From: Nitrospirota bacterium
GTDB lineage: Bacteria; Nitrospirota; Thermodesulfovibrionia; Thermodesulfovibrionales; SM23-35
Length of the DNA stretch: 45,280 nt
Direction: 5' to 3'
Assembly: GCA_040757455.1 (NCBI GenBank)
Contig: JBFLXE010000002.1
Location: forward strand, 1 to 45,280
Both the position numbers and the translations under genes were made by a program. Positions 44,334 to 45,280 of this stretch are shown here, piece after piece. Under the pieces are notes generated by a model, which was not told the DNA's origin, ran no database searches, and worked only from the letters and a program-made list of their open reading frames with translations. Numbering within the stretch: the first letter of the stretch is position 1; each line of letters opens with the position of its first letter.

Positions 44334-45280
44334 ATGGCCGTGTCCTGCAATTCATTATTACATGGCACTAATAAGGAAATCCGGACGGATTATACTAAGT
44401 CTATGCGTTGTCCATCATTTATACAGTTTTATCCGACTCTGGCATGTAATCAGAAGTGCAATTTTTGTTTTAACCAGAACATATACGAAGCGAAACATTT
44501 TACGAATATTGACAGACAAGACGCCCTGTCTTTAGTTTTAATGCTTTCTTACAAGGGCATCCCCGAAATAGACGTCCTCGGCGGAGAACCCTTTCTCGTT
44601 CCGTGGATTGCTGATTTCATCGCATACGCAACAAATCTTGGTATGCGTATCAATGTCAGTACAAATGGGAGTCTGCCTTTAGCCATCCATGAGATCGTGA
44701 AAATCAAGACTGATCATCTCAGTATTGGCTTTTCTCTTCACGGATTCGATGAAACTCATAACAGAATGACCGGGGCCGACAATTTCTCAAAAGCCCTGTC
44801 GGGAATCAATGCCATGATTGCATCGGGAATGAACCCGGTCGTGAAAAGCGTTTTGATACAGGAGAATATGAGAGAGATTGCCCGACTGGTTAAATTTCTT
44901 GAGAAACTCGGGGTTCGGAGATATTATCTTATGCATGAAGATATTATAGGAAGAAAAGGAGAAAAGTCCTTTTCTTTTCCTGACTTCTGGAGATTCTACA
45001 CTGCTCTCAGATCGAGGGGGGAGAAATTGAGTATAGGCTTTGTGGCCGCATCAGGCTTCTATGTAAAGGACGTGGATGCGAGAGGGAGATGCAATGCAGG
45101 CATCAAAAAGCTCGCGATACTTCCCGATGGGTCAGTCTTCCCCTGTAATCTCTTCTCGGGATTTAAGGAATTCAGCCTGGGCAATGTGTTCGATGAAGGA
45201 ATTGAAAAGTTATGGGCAAGCCCGGTTCTGAGACTTTTCAGAGAATTTGACGGCCGAAACAGGTGCAATAAAAGCAAATG
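44334..45280 (+). CDS. Second radical SAM/SPASM enzyme; the 3' end runs off the right edge
   Basis: Absent from the track because there is no stop in the window. My translation reads (MAVSCNSLLHGTNKEIRTDYTKS)MRCPSFIQFYPTLACNQKCNFCFNQ...VLGGEPFL...VSTNGS...CNAGIKKLAILPDGSVFPCNLF...RCNKSK. Starts at ATG 44334 or ATG 44403. Confidence 0.8.
   Translation, partial: MAVSCNSLLHGTNKEIRTDYTKSMRCPSFIQFYPTLACNQKCNFCFNQNIYEAKHFTNIDRQDALSLVLMLSYKGIPEIDVLGGEPFLVPWIADFIAYATNLGMRINVSTNGSLPLAIHEIVKIKTDHLSIGFSLHGFDETHNRMTGADNFSKALSGINAMIASGMNPVVKSVLIQENMREIARLVKFLEKLGVRRYYLMHEDIIGRKGEKSFSFPDFWRFYTALRSRGEKLSIGFVAASGFYVKDVDARGRCNAGIKKLAILPDGSVFPCNLFSGFKEFSLGNVFDEGIEKLWASPVLRLFREFDGRNRCNKSK

Overview
This 45.3 kb window looks like chromosomal DNA from an uncultivated, moderately AT-rich, probably anaerobic Gram-negative bacterium. 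I cannot place it taxonomically from sequence alone. All product calls come from motifs I read in the translations; no database search was run.

Gene content, left to right:
- 1-6.5 kb: an ABC-transporter-dependent surface-glycan locus. It holds a GT-C-like membrane protein, a PIG-L deacetylase, a GT2 gene remnant, wzm/wzt, a GT4 glycosyltransferase and a GNAT acetyltransferase.
- 6.9-11.3 kb: an island of strongly signalled secreted proteins. It holds a frameshifted lipoprotein, a 457-aa unknown protein and a 621-aa protein with three tandem Ig/BACON-like repeats. A parvulin PPIase follows.
- 12.4-13.9 kb: an intact IS481-like insertion sequence with TG..CA ends and a 5-bp target duplication.
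- 14.3-24.0 kb: a type II secretion / type IV filament-like operon, gspE-F-H-I-J-K-L-M, with a separate GspC/PilP-like gene and a sigma54-dependent response regulator. No secretin, major pseudopilin or prepilin peptidase is in the window.
- 24.0-26.3 kb: a polyprenyl-phosphate sugar transferase and a GT2 glycosyltransferase.
- 26.8-40 kb: housekeeping genes, namely rnhA, yqgE/algH-like, rplM-rpsI, argC-argJ, ETF-QO, a ydbH/ydbL-like pair and korAB.
- 40-45.3 kb: a redox and radical-SAM neighbourhood. It holds two SPASM-type radical SAM genes, two ferritin-like diiron proteins, a ferredoxin, a nitroreductase and small Cys-rich ORFs.

Most interesting observations:
- An unannotated 20-codon Cys-rich ORF lies directly behind a radical SAM/SPASM gene, making a candidate RiPP pair.
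- The secretion operon is incomplete and is split internally by arrays of 14-nt and 7-nt tandem repeats.
- The IS has three co-extensive stop-free reading frames.
- A 149-bp nested-palindrome MITE-like element is present twice, in opposite orientations.

No tRNA, rRNA or CRISPR array was found.
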